A DNA stretch of 64,000 nucleotides from Squalus acanthias (Eukaryota): contig CM059443.1 in the NCBI GenBank assembly GCA_030390025.1, forward strand, positions 21,328,001-21,392,000, written 5' to 3'. The notes under the pieces are model-generated. The model worked only from the letters and a program-made list of their open reading frames with translations, was not told the origin of the DNA and did no database searches. A program made the translations under genes and the position numbers. Position 1 is the first letter of the stretch; the number at the start of each line of letters is the position of its first letter. Below, in pieces: positions 1 through 12,642 of the stretch.

Positions 1-770
1 AATTTAAAAATAATTTAGCCCCACGTATACTGTAGAGCAAAACAACATTATTAAACATGTGCAAAGTACAGTTTATACTGGCTCAAATAAATCAAGCTTG
101 AATGCTGCATCTCATGGTCAGCTTCAACTAGGGCTGATTTTTTTTTTTTAAATCTCGTCTTATTGAAATGCATAACTAATTCAGTTTAAAAGTGAGACAA
201 AACTAAAACGAATGCAACAGCATGAAACAGAATTTCGTGGGAGGTTTTTTTCCTTCTTGTGAGCTGTCTGAGAAGATGTCCTTATTCACTGGACTGAATT
301 TAATGCAATTCTAGGAATTTCTCTCACATTTTTCAGCCAACACTGAAAAGAAAATCAGTGCTGCATTCAACAAAACAATTCCACTTTCATGTCCACAAAA
401 AGTAGAAATACTGAAACTTGACAGAAATCCTTAATTATGGAGGTGATAAAGAAATACAAAGATCTAGACTTTGACAATCAGTGCAATGCAAAAGCTATCA
501 GGACAGTGAGGATGCCACTGCATAAACTTTGATTGACACTGGAAGTTTCAGCTCTTCAAATGAGAAATACATTGACCACAGAAAGCATGTCGACGAAAGT
601 CGGCCTCATTCATGTGGAAAGCAGTGCCGGGATTTGCAAGTTATGCTTAGGATCCTACTTCTATTCTCTCTATATTTAACTATCAATGTATGGAGGACAA
701 TACACTTACTTCACAATCCTAAATAGATCAAGAGACGGGCTGCAATTATGCATTAAAAAGCCATACATAC

Positions 771-918
771 TCATGATGGTTTCTGTCCCACTGATTGGTG
801 GTGTGTGAGATGAAACGCCGTATGCAGCTGAACCTGCATTATTGGAACAGTGGAAACCAGACATAGAAGGAAGACTCCCATTTACTTCTGTTGATGGCAC
901 ACTGTGTATTGGGTAGCT
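771..918 (-). CDS. TCF3: TCF3 coding exon: SYPIHSVPSTEVNGSLPSMSGFHCSNNAGSAAYGVSSHTPPISGTETIM
   Basis: Acceptor tttttctcttgcag, donor ATGA|gtatgt, 148 nt, phase 0 to 1. Lies inside track ORF 706..945. Confidence 0.92.
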
Positions 919-2759
919 CTGCAAGAGAAAAATGTAGCTGTACAAAGCTCATTCACCACTTTTCTAAACGTTGACGGTAGGCTGGATATAGAGCAAGTGC
1001 TACAAGTCAGCCCGAAAACTGGATTTTATAAATTAAATAGAAAACAAAATTACAAAGACATACGGCATAATCAGCCACAGCACGATGTCCTTAAACCAAG
1101 CACAATTACTCTAATCTTCTTAACCCCCCCCCTTACTAGACCTTCATCTCAATTTCAAACACAACGGGTATTGGAAAAGCTCACCGTGATACTAATGCTG
1201 GTTTAAGACTTGCCCCTTGTGCTATACTTACAAATCCAGTAAGCAAAGGATGCAACCCAATAAATCAGCATATCTGTAAGCTGTATACATTCCTAACTTC
1301 ATGCGTATAATCTCTGGCCCCCACAAAAAAAAATTGAAATCTTTATTCCTGTCAAGACAAGTTGAAAATGTGTAATGTTTAAAAAGTAAAAAAGGTTTAA
1401 TTAAAGTTGGCCGAGTGATGGAACAGATTCACACCCAAGATTCCTTATGCAGGTTTCTAATCTCAATCATGCTATCTTTAGCAAGTATCGAGCAGAAGTT
1501 AAGTGCTTCCTTACAGAACGAGACATGAATGAAAGTCCCTGGCCCTCCTCGTGCAGTTTCTAGCAGTAGGTCACCAAGTGGCATTGGTGCAAGCCCGTAA
1601 AGAGGCTGGAAACAAGTGCATGGTACAAGACAACTTCAAGAATTGGAAAAAAGTAACAAAAACGTGCAAGGACTTCCAATCATTATGCAACTAAGCCATA
1701 TTTCAAACTAGAAATGTTAGATATCTATCGAGCACATAGAAGTTTTTTTTTTAAAATCTTCAGCAATGACAGACCAGTGATGTAGATCAGAATGAAGCCG
1801 AGTGCTTCATTTATGGATTCTCTCATCTGACCTACAGCAGCTGAACTAACAATTCTAGTTCAAAGATATCTTCAATATTTTGACTTCAATTGCATATTTT
1901 TGTAAGGCTTTTGACTGCCATCTTAGATTTCAAATACTGTAATTCTCTTATAAAATGGATTTCTAGGAAAACGAATAGAATGCAAATTGTAACCAATATT
2001 TAATACTAGCACTAAACTTCAGCCTCATAAAGGTAGGCATTCAGGAAGAGACAAGAGCTTTAGGCTGCTTCTGTGCACCACTTAGCACCTTTGGCAATAA
2101 GAGGAGGCTGTTTCCCCATCCTCTTGGCTGGGAAGAGCAGGGAGTCAGAGGGCAAGGAAATAAAATAAAAAATGTGTGAAAGTTGCACACCCAGGTCAGA
2201 GAAAGTCTGTTTCAATAGGATTGTTTTATGAATAACCCACTGGATTTAACTATAGCACATTGGGGGTTTGAGCAGACTCTAGTAAGTGGGCATTGTTTAC
2301 AGTAGGAGCCAATCACAAAAACTAAACCTGTCTCTTGTTAGAACGTGGGCTACGTACGAAACTCAAATGCATGCCATCATGAGGGTCTGCTAAATCTACA
2401 TTTCTTCTGCCCTTAATTATAAATTGAGCTGTGAACATTTTTCTACAGGACAAATAATGTGGCCACAAGTCTCTCTACATGGTTAACAGCCTGAAACATA
2501 TCGCAGTAGCTGATCTACTTAGAAGGAAACCTATAAAATTTGATCATTTGTGATGTTTTTCTAAAATAGTCACAGTTTCTGTTACTTTTGCACGTAGATA
2601 GGACCATGATATACCCTCATCTTCTATCATTGTGCAAAGAAAAAAGTAGAAATTTCCACCAAATGTTTATGCAATTTAGCCTCAAAATTCCAAAATTAAA
2701 AGTTGCATGTTACTGTAGGGAGTGGGGGGTGTTGAAGAGTAAGTGCTCCAATATAAATC

Positions 2760-3050
2760 ACTCAAGGATCATAATCTTAAAATTAGAGCTAGGCCGTTCA
2801 GGGATGATGTCAGGAAGCACTTCTTCATACAAAAGGTTGTGGAAATCTGGAACTCTTCCCCTCCCCTCCTAAAAAGCTGTTGAGGCTAGTTCAATTGAAA
2901 AATTCAAAACTGAGATTGATATGTTCGGCAAGGGTATTAAGGAATATGGAACCAAGGTGGATAAATGGAGTTAAGTTACAGATCAGCCATAATCTAACTG
3001 AACGGTGGAACAGGCTCGAGAGGCTGAATGGCCAACTCCCATTCCTACTC
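2760..3050 (+). mobile_element. CR1 LINE 3' end fragment
   Basis: Decayed RT C-terminus (aggaagcacttcttcatacaaaaggttgtggaaatctggaactct) followed by a CR1-type 3' UTR (gaggctgaatggcc). Confidence 0.75.
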
Positions 3051-3099
3051 CACAACAACTTCTGAGACATACATTTAAATTCAGAACAGACTGACTAGA

Positions 3100-3440
3100 T
3101 GGATAGGACTCTTCCAGCAACAGACAGGAAACTATGAAATAAATTTGGGTTGTCTCAACCCAGTTCCTCATGAACATGTACCCATAACATGCAAGTAAGC
3201 AAATGCAGCACTAATTGGCAGCGTCACTCAGATATGAGATAGGATGGCTCTTGTGGGAAATAGGAAGTTCATACAGTGCAACAGGAATGTTCCTGGGAGA
3301 TTGGGGCTGAGGCACATTGTTGTGTAGAGCTCAAAGACTCTTACTTTGCATCTGGCCAAATTATACCTGGCATCTGAATGCTTGATGTGGCAGTGCATGA
3401 CCAAAATAGGGAAAATGTATTACAAGTGCAAAATTTAACT
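3100..3440 (+). mobile_element. Old LF-SINE-like element
   Basis: Blocks gtctcaacccagttcct, gcactaattggca and ggggctgaggcacattg match the LF-SINE consensus as recalled, in the same order. Homologous to the copies at 6430 and 16345. Confidence 0.6.
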
Positions 3441-3465
3441 TTTGAACTTGACCCTTTTAGAAATA

Positions 3466-3720
3466 AAGACTAGCATTTATATAGTGCCTTTCACGACCAC
3501 CGGACATCCCAAAGCGCTTTACAGCCAATAAAGTACTTTAAAAAAAAAAGTGTAGTCACTGTCGTAATGTAGGAAACGTGGCAGCCAATTTGCGCACAGC
3601 AAGCTCCCACAAACATCAATGTGATAATGACCAGGTAATCTGTTTTTACTGATGTTGATTGAGGGATAAATATTGGCCAGGACACCGGGATAACTCCCCT
3701 GGCTCTTCTTTGAAATAGTG
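3466..3720 (-). mobile_element. Deu-domain SINE (SacSINE1/AmnSINE-like), 5'-truncated
   Basis: Highly similar to the fuller copies at 31026 and 57262. Has the Deu core and an L2-like tail (gcatttatatagtgcc). Confidence 0.85.
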
Positions 3721-4929
3721 AAGAAAAAGTTAAATATCTCTCCTAGTCATAAAGACAGATCTTAGATTTTAATTCCTTCGCCTATACTGCCTGGAGACCT
3801 GGCACATGAGCTCAGACATTGGGAAAAATCAGATTAGCATCCTTCTCAGGTCGCTGATGCTGATCCAGATCAGTCAACAATTTCAGAAATACAATACTAG
3901 CCGAGTACTGCTGCATACTGTTTACATCGCTTAAGCTGCTCATTTCAGGCTTTCAGCCTGCCATAATGAGTGTCTGGGGCCACAAGAGAGGTGGAATAAA
4001 AATATACAAAAGATTTTCCGAACCAGTAAAAGTAATATATTTTTTCCTTACAGAAATGTGAATGGGTTGAGAATTTAATGCGAACTTCAAATCCACCACT
4101 AACTAATACTTCCCACTAAAGCGTATTTTGCTTGCTCCTATTGAGCCGAAACAAACAGGGAAATTCTGAGTGTTCCTGGCTCATTAGCAGTAGCCACAAC
4201 TAAAAGGACTACTCATGGGATTGTTTTTGTATCCCTCGAGAATGCTGACCTAGACTGCATGCAAAGTCATGAGTGAATTTACAGTTAATGCTGCAAGGAA
4301 ACAAAATAAGTTGTAATCTGATAAAAGAATCAACTAAAAATTGGTCAGAAAGATTGGCTTTGATGGTTCACTGTATTCCTTTGTGGTTCAGCCCCAGTGC
4401 AGCTTGAGGCAGTGTGACCACTGATTCGGCTATTGTCATGGGATGTAGGTTTAGAATGTGCCTAGTTTGACACTTTCTTCAAATGATCTTCAAAGAAAAC
4501 AGTTTCAGTAATTGGACCACGGAAATCATACTGGGTATAAATACACATCTCCTAAAAGAGGAACATTATTGTGGGGGTGGGGGACGAGAGAAAAGGGTGG
4601 GGAAAAGGTGCCAAGCAACTCTTCTGGCTTGGAGAGCTAATAATGATTACATAACAGTGCACTTCAGAAGTAATTCACTGTGGCAAGCATTTTGAGACAT
4701 TGACATTAGGTACTATATAACAGAAATATAATAAAATATAATGTAACAGAAAAATGACATTTGCTCTAAATAGCCCATTTACATTTAGTTTTCTTTGCCC
4801 ACTATTATTGATGGGGGAATAAAAGGGGATTAAAAACTAACATTTTCCAATATGGTTTTGCAATCATTATACTGAAGGTTTTTACAATCACCATGATTTT
4901 ACCTCTCTCCTTCCCTACAGTATTCCTGT

Positions 4930-5560
4930 TACCTCGGAAAATTCCGGCCAAGGTGTTTGTAAGAACAGGTGGGTTGGAGGTGTGGGAGGAAGCAAAAGTT
5001 GTGCAAATATAAAACCAGACCCCAACCCGCTGCCAGGAGGCGGGTTGGCAATTTAAATATTATAATGAGGCCTGAAGCCTCTACTTTAAACCTGCTTTGC
5101 AGGTTTTACTGCAGGTGGCTGGGGATCCCGGGGCTCGGGATTCCCGGTAGCTGCAACGAGGCGGCCTCAGCCTTGGGGAGCAATCCTTGTGGGTTGGGAG
5201 GAGCAGGAGTGCTTGTGCTTCCTCCCGGCCCCCCAACATCAGCCTGCACCCTCGGGGTGCAGGGTTCGATCACCCACCCCCACCCCGGGATCAGGACTCA
5301 ACCCCGGGCTTGGGGGGGGGGGGGGGGGGGGATCAGACCCCCTGCCCCAACCATCCTGGGCCCAGCACTTACCTGGTCCTGTGGCCTCCTGGTCTGTGTG
5401 CCGGGAAACCTGAACTTCTGGGTTTCCCGCCGTCTCCCGGGCCCCCCCCCCCGCACCATGTGAGTGGGACCCAGGAAAATCCAGCCCCTTGTATCCAGCC
5501 TCACAGGTGACCCATAATTCATTTAAGCTCAAGACACCCGGAGTACACATGCAATATTTA
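4930..5560. mobile_element. GC-rich non-autonomous DNA-transposon-like remnant with poly-G/C runs
   Basis: Abrupt GC/CpG-rich block with the same style as the Harbinger-type elements below. Termini not resolved. Confidence 0.4.
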
Positions 5561-6035
5561 AAATTAAACATGCCAAGCTAGATTGCTCAGCTATAAATGC
5601 TGTTAGGTTGGCTTGAAAAAAGCCATAATTTTAGCAGTTCTTTAATAGCAGTTCTAAAATCGCTTTGGCTCGCTCAGAGCTTATCTTAAAAGAACTCTGA
5701 ATAAATTTGTATGAGCTTACTCATTTAAAATTATCTATTTCCAGAGGCTTTCAACACTGAATTTAACACTGTGCATACCATAACTTGTGTTCGCATTCTC
5801 AGCACTGGTCAAACGATTGAGTGATAATGTAACTACAACCCAATTAAATTGCACACATAAAATATCAGTTTTATTGCTTGGATTTTTATACAAAATGTGA
5901 AATTCACAATATAACAGTTTTACCACATGCTAAAATCCCATACAACCAAGAAGAATGTTTTCATTTTCTAACATTAGATGGAAAAACAAGCATTTCTAGC
6001 CTTGAACCGCCATTCTGGAGATAGAGATTACTTAC

Positions 6036-6169
6036 CAGGCGCTCATGTGGATGAAGGTAGCCACCAGATTGGGACAAATGTGATGAAGAATTTCCCATCA
6101 ATCCTCCATATCCTGGCTGACCCATTCCACTGGATGAGTTCCAAACATCAGGACCATTGTGAATACCAT
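6036..6169 (-). CDS. TCF3: TCF3 coding exon: (D)[44 protein letters not shown]
   Basis: Acceptor ttgcattctag, donor CTG|gtaagt, 134 nt, phase 1 to 0. WxSSSGM-QPGY and LHPHERL are E-protein motifs. Confidence 0.93.
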
Positions 6170-6429
6170 CTAGAATGCAATGACGAGCTTATTTAAACAT
6201 ATGCGGCCCACAGGAATGAAAGAAGTTTAATTATTCACACATTTATCTGCATACATGGCTGATCTTAAAATCCAGATAAAACAAAGTAAAAGTAGATTAA
6301 TCACTTTTGGGTGAAGCATTTTTGTTCTTTGAGATTATCCTCTACATTCCATGGGTGAACCCTACAATCTAATGAGGATCATTAGGATCTGTTCATATTG
6401 GTGCAGGAAAAAAAAACCTGTTTGGAGTC

Positions 6430-6800
6430 TGATGTAGCTGATTATACACTCTTCACCTTTGGGAGTTAGAGTTGAATCTAGTCCAGACTGGTGGAATAAA
6501 AGCTTCCTCTCCTTAACGTGGAATGAGTTTACAGTCCTAATTCAGTTCCTATTGGGCAATGAGCCTACAGCCAAAGGTGTCCCAAATTCAGCATGAATTG
6601 TACAATCTCAGTCAGATAGGCCACAGGACATCTTGGTACGGGAGATGGAAAAATACAACTAGTGCTGTGGAGGGTGTTCTTCCGAGGTTAGGTTAGCACC
6701 ACATTGTTGGGGCAGACTAGAAGGAACTTTCATCTGCATCTCATAATCCATACCTCATCGAGGAGCACTTGCTGTTAACACCAGGTGGCTCATGCAGACA
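6430..6800 (+). mobile_element. Old LF-SINE-like element, near full length
   Basis: ttcacctttggga, gtggaatgagttt..cagttcctattgggca, tctcagtcagataggccacagga and cacattgttggggcag are colinear with the recalled LF-SINE consensus. Confidence 0.62.
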
Positions 6801-8358
6801 TGCACAATATTCAGGAAAAAGTCATTTAAAAAAATTGGCTAAATCTTCTTCCTCCATTCTAATTGATGCCCATTAAGGTACATCTCTAACCAATCTTTTT
6901 TTATTGAACATTGTTAAGTGAAGAACTAACAAAAAAAAAAATCACCTTTTCTTTACTGATCAGGTTCTCGACCATTAAAAGTCTTTACTGTACTGTGGTC
7001 ATAACAATCTAACTTTAGTATAGTGCAGAACACCAAAGTGAAGGAACCCCAATAAGAGCCAATGTATTCAGTATGTGGAAAGCTTTAGCAGGACCGTGTG
7101 CCTTATTCTTGTGCGACTAAAAACGATGGACAGACTAAAACTAGAACAGAACTTGTTTTCTCATTTACTGTATACTCACAGCCAGAGGGATATTTCCTTA
7201 CTAAATGTTTTTAAGTAGAAAGAAATTTGGCTACAACTAGTATGCTGAAGGGGCTGGTCCTTAGCCATGTTCTACAACAGGATTATGGAGATACTGTAAA
7301 TTGCAGAATCCTCTTCTCAGCCCTCAAACCAGATCTTTTCAATTGCCTGCAATATATATGATGTCTGCAGCTGGCTTTATGGATAACACAATACTTCAAG
7401 GGTTACCCAGGATGTTGAGGTTCTGCTGATTAAGACAGATGTTCAACTGATAGCTGACTGGCGAGTTGCACCATGGGTGCGTCCATCTCCAGATGAGCTC
7501 CCTGTCCAGATACTGAAGCCCCTGCATTGAGGCAGAGAAAGTAGTGGCTGCTTTCAGGATAATGTCCAGTTTATTCACCTTCTAAAACTGAGTAGAGATA
7601 AGGGTTGCTCATGGCATTAAGAGTTTCAGAGAGAATGACAAACAGCCTGCAATAAACAGTTAAAAACCATACCAAAACTCTGAGGGAGCTGTGTTCTGTT
7701 TAAGTTGTGTAGCGTGCACTGAATACCAGAAAAAAAAACTGCCCCCTGGAAATTCTAATCTGTTTGAAGTTATGAAGTGGATATCCTAGGAAGATTCAAT
7801 TTGGAATTTCTCCAGGTTCACAAGAAGTTTTGAAATTAAGTGCCATGTGGTACAGGGCTCTTCTGGCTCACTCCTGTGAGGATACTCCAACCAGGCAACT
7901 GCCCCAGTACATCTGAAACCTCCGTAGATACAACTGGGTTACCATGACTACAGGCCTGTAGCAAAAACTCTGGGATCAAACTGCATAGATAAACAAATTC
8001 ACTTCGAACCTCAGAATTTTTCTAGCAGTTCTCTCCAATTGCAACATAGAGCCCACGGTCACCACTCTTAAGTCACACTGCATCAGGGCTTCTACACACA
8101 AACATGCAGATCAGAATTAGTAGCAGCTTTAGAGACAAAACTAGAAACTGTACATCTTCACAAACTGAAAACAATGAAAAACAGGATTCCAGTGTTTCAT
8201 TCAGTTACTATTTTCACAAAAATCCAAGCGGACCCAGACCCATTATTCTAGTACACACCTTGAAAGATGCTCAATGAGCCCCATCTATGATTACCAGAAG
8301 TCTTCTCTTGAATCATCCACACCCACGGAAGAGGTCAAAACATCAATTACACCCCCTA

Positions 8359-10099
8359 GGGCTGAATTTTGCCGGCGCTGAGGGCGGGGGTTTGGAGGCA
8401 GGTCCGCTGTCAAAAATCAAAAAGATCGACAGCGGGCCAGTGTCCCGCTCTGAACCCGCCTCCTCGCCAGTTTCCCAAGTGCCGGCTCTGCCTGCGCTTT
8501 GCGGACACGGCACTAAGCGGCGGGTCATTCAATTGCGCTCGTTAGGAGGGTGTTTAAAGTAATGAAATCCCCATTTCCCCAGCTCCAAAGCATTTTGCCA
8601 AGTTTTCCACGAGGTTCCCGTCACTCGGGGATCACGCCAGGTAATTATGTCGGGTTCTGAAAAACTCTCCATTTCTTTCACTAGGTGACAGTTGCAAAAG
8701 TGGTTTAAAACCTGCCATTTTACAGCTGGTCAGTTTCCAATCTCAAAAGCTTCAGCCTTCAGTATTTTGAACCCACTTTTGAGCTTTACGCACTTTTGAA
8801 GTGTTTGGAGTAATCTCTCTATCCACTGTCACCGCCTTGGAACAACCTATCTCAACACTGACAGATTACTTGTGTCATCTCAACCTCACCTGCCATCTAT
8901 TCCATCAGCATCGGTGCCCTTGAAAAAAATCTCACCGTGGTCCTCAGAATCCCAATACGACCAGCCCCAACGGGCACACCAGCAGCACCAACATCCACAC
9001 CAACCTTCTCCGCAATCAACTGATGCTGCTCTGGACAAAGGGCATCATCACCCATGCGCATTTCTGCCCGGGACGCCAGCGATGGACTCATCATGTCCAG
9101 ATTAGCTTCACTTAACACTGTACACCCTGGCTGCCACATGATGCACCAGGTTGGCACCACCCCACACCAGCACCGTAAAGCATCCCTACAATGTCCAAGC
9201 CATTCTTTTCACATTCATCACCATTGTGGGGGGTACCATTATGTCTCACCATTCACTAAGACACTTTCAAAAGGTGCACACAAATCTGTCCAAGAAGGCA
9301 AAGTGGTGACAATAAGGATTTCAATGCTTGACAACACATTAACAGAAAGTTTACATGGCCATTGGCTAAAACACCCAAGTGCCTACCCTTGTGTGTTGTT
9401 AGTTGGTATGATTGGACTAGGATGAGGGTGAGTGTGAGGGGTGGCTAGTGAGATGGGGAAGTGATAATGCAGATAGAGAGGGATGGGTGGAGGTGCAAGG
9501 TAAGTTGGTGTGAGTAAGGATGTGCAGGAGTAGGGTAGGGAAGGCAGAGTGATGGGGATGTGATGAGTGGCACAGCAGGATGAGGTTGAGTGTGGCTTCG
9601 CAGTAACATTTCGTGATCTACTTTGATCATTGAAAAGTTTGCGCCAGTGCAGCCTGGTCCTCCTGACAACATCCCTGCTTGCGCCCTCCCGTGCAATCAG
9701 GCTGCGTTGATCTCCTGGGGAGGTCTCTTCCGCCATTGGAAGGGAAGAGGACCTCCCTGTGTGCTGTGACTCCCTCCATAAGAATATGGAGGGAGTCATG
9801 GGAGAGCCTAGGTGCAGCCTTGCACCTTTGTGCAGTGTTTGCAGCACCTCAATGCTGTAGAACACGGACAGCACAACTGTCAAAATGAATGTGGACATGG
9901 CCCCTTTAAGGAAACCGGCTGATGACACGTCATTAGACCCGCTTCCTTTTAATTGGCCGGGAACCTCGCACGGTGGGCTTAACAAGCCCAATCAGGGGTA
10001 AATCACTCGGTGGAGGCGGGATGAAGATGGGTGCGGAGTTTGCGGCCGCTGTCTGCTCCGGCCGCACCAAACTTGCCACGGCTGGCGAAATCGGGGCCC
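8359..10099. mobile_element. Internally deleted PIF/Harbinger transposon with decayed Myb/SANT-like ORF
   Basis: Imperfect TIRs gggctgaattttgcc / ggcgaaatcggggccc flanked by ta(g). The minus strand near 9620-9820 encodes AAPRLSHDSLHILMEGVTAHREVLFPSNG, then after a frameshift SRDVVRRTRLHWRKLFND, which is typical of the Harbinger Myb-like protein. Confidence 0.8.
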
Positions 10100-11148
10100 T
10101 AGTCTCCGTTCCAACTGACCTGGTCTCATTGCTGTGTTATGTACAAGAAATATTTGCCACTCTGAGCCAGTGCGCACTAGCTCAAGTGAAGTGCGATGCA
10201 CTTTGGAAGATTTCTCTCTGCACAAGAGGCAGGAGGAGAAGAATCAAGTGAGCGAGAGGACATCAAGTCTCGGCATCGGCCAGAGATTGATGCTTCAGCC
10301 ATTAGTCATTTAGATTATTAGACGAACTGTAAGCTCCAGACTTCAAAGTCATGGTTGGTGGAAAGCCAATAAAAGCGCCAATTATAACTGACATTTTTTT
10401 GGTACCTCAGGCAGACTGTTAAAAGACCTTGCTGTACTTAACCCTCACACTTACAAATAATCCTTAGCTCCCTAACCAAAAATTGTTGGCCAAGATATAA
10501 GCCCCACACATAGGAGCAAACAAAACAAGAGGAAACTGTGCTAGAGGCTATATAGGAGAATTGCACTCAAAGGCTCAAGCATCTGAAAATATTCTTGTGC
10601 TATCCTGCTTTGGACCAATACCCATAGAATGTAGGAGGATGAGGAAGAACCCATAGTCCCATTAATATTTAGATTTCATTCCTTAATCGAATTTTCCCTG
10701 CAAAGCCAACTTTATCAGACTAGGGTTCCTGTACAGAATTTTACAATCAATTTCTATGAGTAAATTCAGTTTTATCAGCGCATAAATTTGGTTTTCTTTC
10801 TGGTGTGTTATTATTGAGTTTCCTTTCCATTGCTAAATTTTAATACTTTTTAAATGTGATTTGGTTTATTTGGGTAATATTCCACAGAGGTGTTTTTAAG
10901 CAATGAAAAAATGTACAGAAAATAAAACTATGCAAATTACCAAATGGCCTTTTTCTAAAAGCACATTTTCCCTAAATATAGCATAACAGGTTACTCAAAA
11001 GCATTGTTATGCATTAACAATATTGGGTGTATTGAAAATATATTTTCCACAATCAGTTGTGAATCATGAGTCAACTGCGAGTTAGAGAAAACACAAAGCG
11101 TTAGCCATTTCAATACTGATTAAACAACTATCCATAATTAGCCTTTAC

Positions 11149-11251
11149 CTTGGATATAGAAAGAGCCTGGAAATACAGAACCTGAAGGTTTGGATGAAGA
11201 ATACCCAGCTGAATCTCTACTATATTCTTCACTTGATGTGGAGGCGTAGAC
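11149..11251 (-). CDS. TCF3: TCF3 coding exon: VYASTSSEEYSRDSAGYSSSKPSGSVFPGSFYIQ(D)
   Basis: Acceptor cctcccaatacag, donor AAG|gtaaag, 103 nt, phase 0 to 1. Confidence 0.93.
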
Positions 11252-11547
11252 CTGTATTGGGAGGACAAAATAAATTTATGTAAATATTGATGTTAAAAAT
11301 TGGATCATGGTCTTTCCAGTATTTGCCATTTTAACCCAAATAATTCAATCTCTCACTCACTAATTAGTTCCAAGGATTTTGAAATAAATGGTTTCTCACA
11401 TAATTTATATGACCATAATCATAATAGTTTACAATATCTGAAGAGGTGTCCCCCCTCAACGTAAAATGGGCATTTCATCTCCCTCGTCCTCATTTCTAAC
11501 CTCCATTGGCACAAAAGTCCAGCAGGGGCAAGCATTTAAAAAAAAAA

Positions 11548-11620
11548 ATTCATTTATGGGATGTGGGTGTCGCTGGCAAGGCCAGCATTTATTGCCCACC
11601 CCTAATTGCCCTCGAGAAGC
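11548..11620 (-). mobile_element. Short LINE/SINE 3' tail fragment
   Basis: gggatgtggg..ctggcaaggccagcatttattgccca is shared with 14915 and 34245. Confidence 0.6.
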
Positions 11621-11959
11621 ATGCCTACAAACACCTCTCACAGCTGCAAGGACAGTGCTGCCTTAAAGAGTTTATCATGCCACCAATATTTTTCCTGAAC
11701 ATGTTCAATATTGAGCACAGCAGATTTCTTTTGCCGATTGATACCACGATGGACAGGTTTTCACTGCATGCGATTCCAGGATTTTGTAACCTTTGTTTTG
11801 AGGCATTGCATTCATTGACTATATTCATTTATAACTGTGCCCAATGGTTCATGGTGACGGCATAAATCATATTCTGTTTATATTACAAGACATTACAGAA
11901 ACCTTTTCTGGTGTTTTGGAATCACAATTTAGTTTTTCCTCTATGAAAAGTTCAAATCA

Positions 11960-12135
11960 GTGGTCTTGATTAACTGGTCATTCAATGCATTACTGTTTGT
12001 GGGATTTTTGCAGTACACCAATTAGTTTCCACATTTGCCTACTGAAGTGACTGAACTTCAAGAGTAATTCATTGACGGTGAAGCACTTGGACAATCCTGA
12101 GGATGTGAAAGGTTCTATGTAAATGCAAGTTTTTT
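11960..12135 (+). mobile_element. Old Deu-domain SINE, 3' half
   Basis: Diverged reverse complement of the 3466/57262 family, ending tgtaaatgcaag. Confidence 0.72.
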
Positions 12136-12298
12136 TCCCCCTTTCTTGATGGGACAGCTGCCTTGATTCGCTCACTGTAGTTCAGATGAATTCCCCAGAC
12201 TTTAATCACCAAAACAAAGTTCAAAACGGAATGGTCAGATACATCAAAAAAGTACAACATTCCAGTTACATATGTCCTCGTGGTTTTGTGCAGTAATA

Positions 12299-12642
12299 CA
12301 GGAAACTTTCGTTTATCTGGCACCCAAATATCCGGAATTCTCGCTTAACCGGCAAAAATCATCCTCCGAAAACTCCTCTCAAATAACCGGCAATGTTGCC
12401 GATCCAGAGTCCGAGTCCAAGTCCGCGAACGCCGATTTAGTCAGATGGGGTACTTTTCAAAAGTGCCACTACTCGGCCTCCTGGTGCTGTCGGAAGTCCG
12501 AAACACTGCAGTAGCAGGAGTTGATTCTCCCGCGCTGCCTGGAGTCTCTGTTAAAAATAGCCTCGGTAGATATAACTCTCCGTTATCCGGTACTTTCGAT
12601 AAACCGGCACCACGCCGGTCCCGGATAAACGAAAGTTTCCTG
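12299..12642. mobile_element. Tc1/mariner-superfamily (pogo/Tigger-like) MITE, 344 bp
   Basis: 22-bp TIRs caggaaactttcgtttatcYgg with 1 mismatch. TA duplication at 12297-12298 and 12643-12644. Repeated internal tatccgg/taaccgg motifs. Confidence 0.92.

Noticed and set aside
4969-5571. Overlapping 74-164 aa Gly/Pro-rich ORFs
   Set aside because: They arise from a GC-rich repeat with poly-G/C runs, are open in several frames on both strands and show no domain similarity.
9383-9991. 202-aa ORF as an intact nested gene
   Set aside because: It is a chance frame through a frameshifted Harbinger Myb-like relic. Only a short segment is in the ancestral frame.
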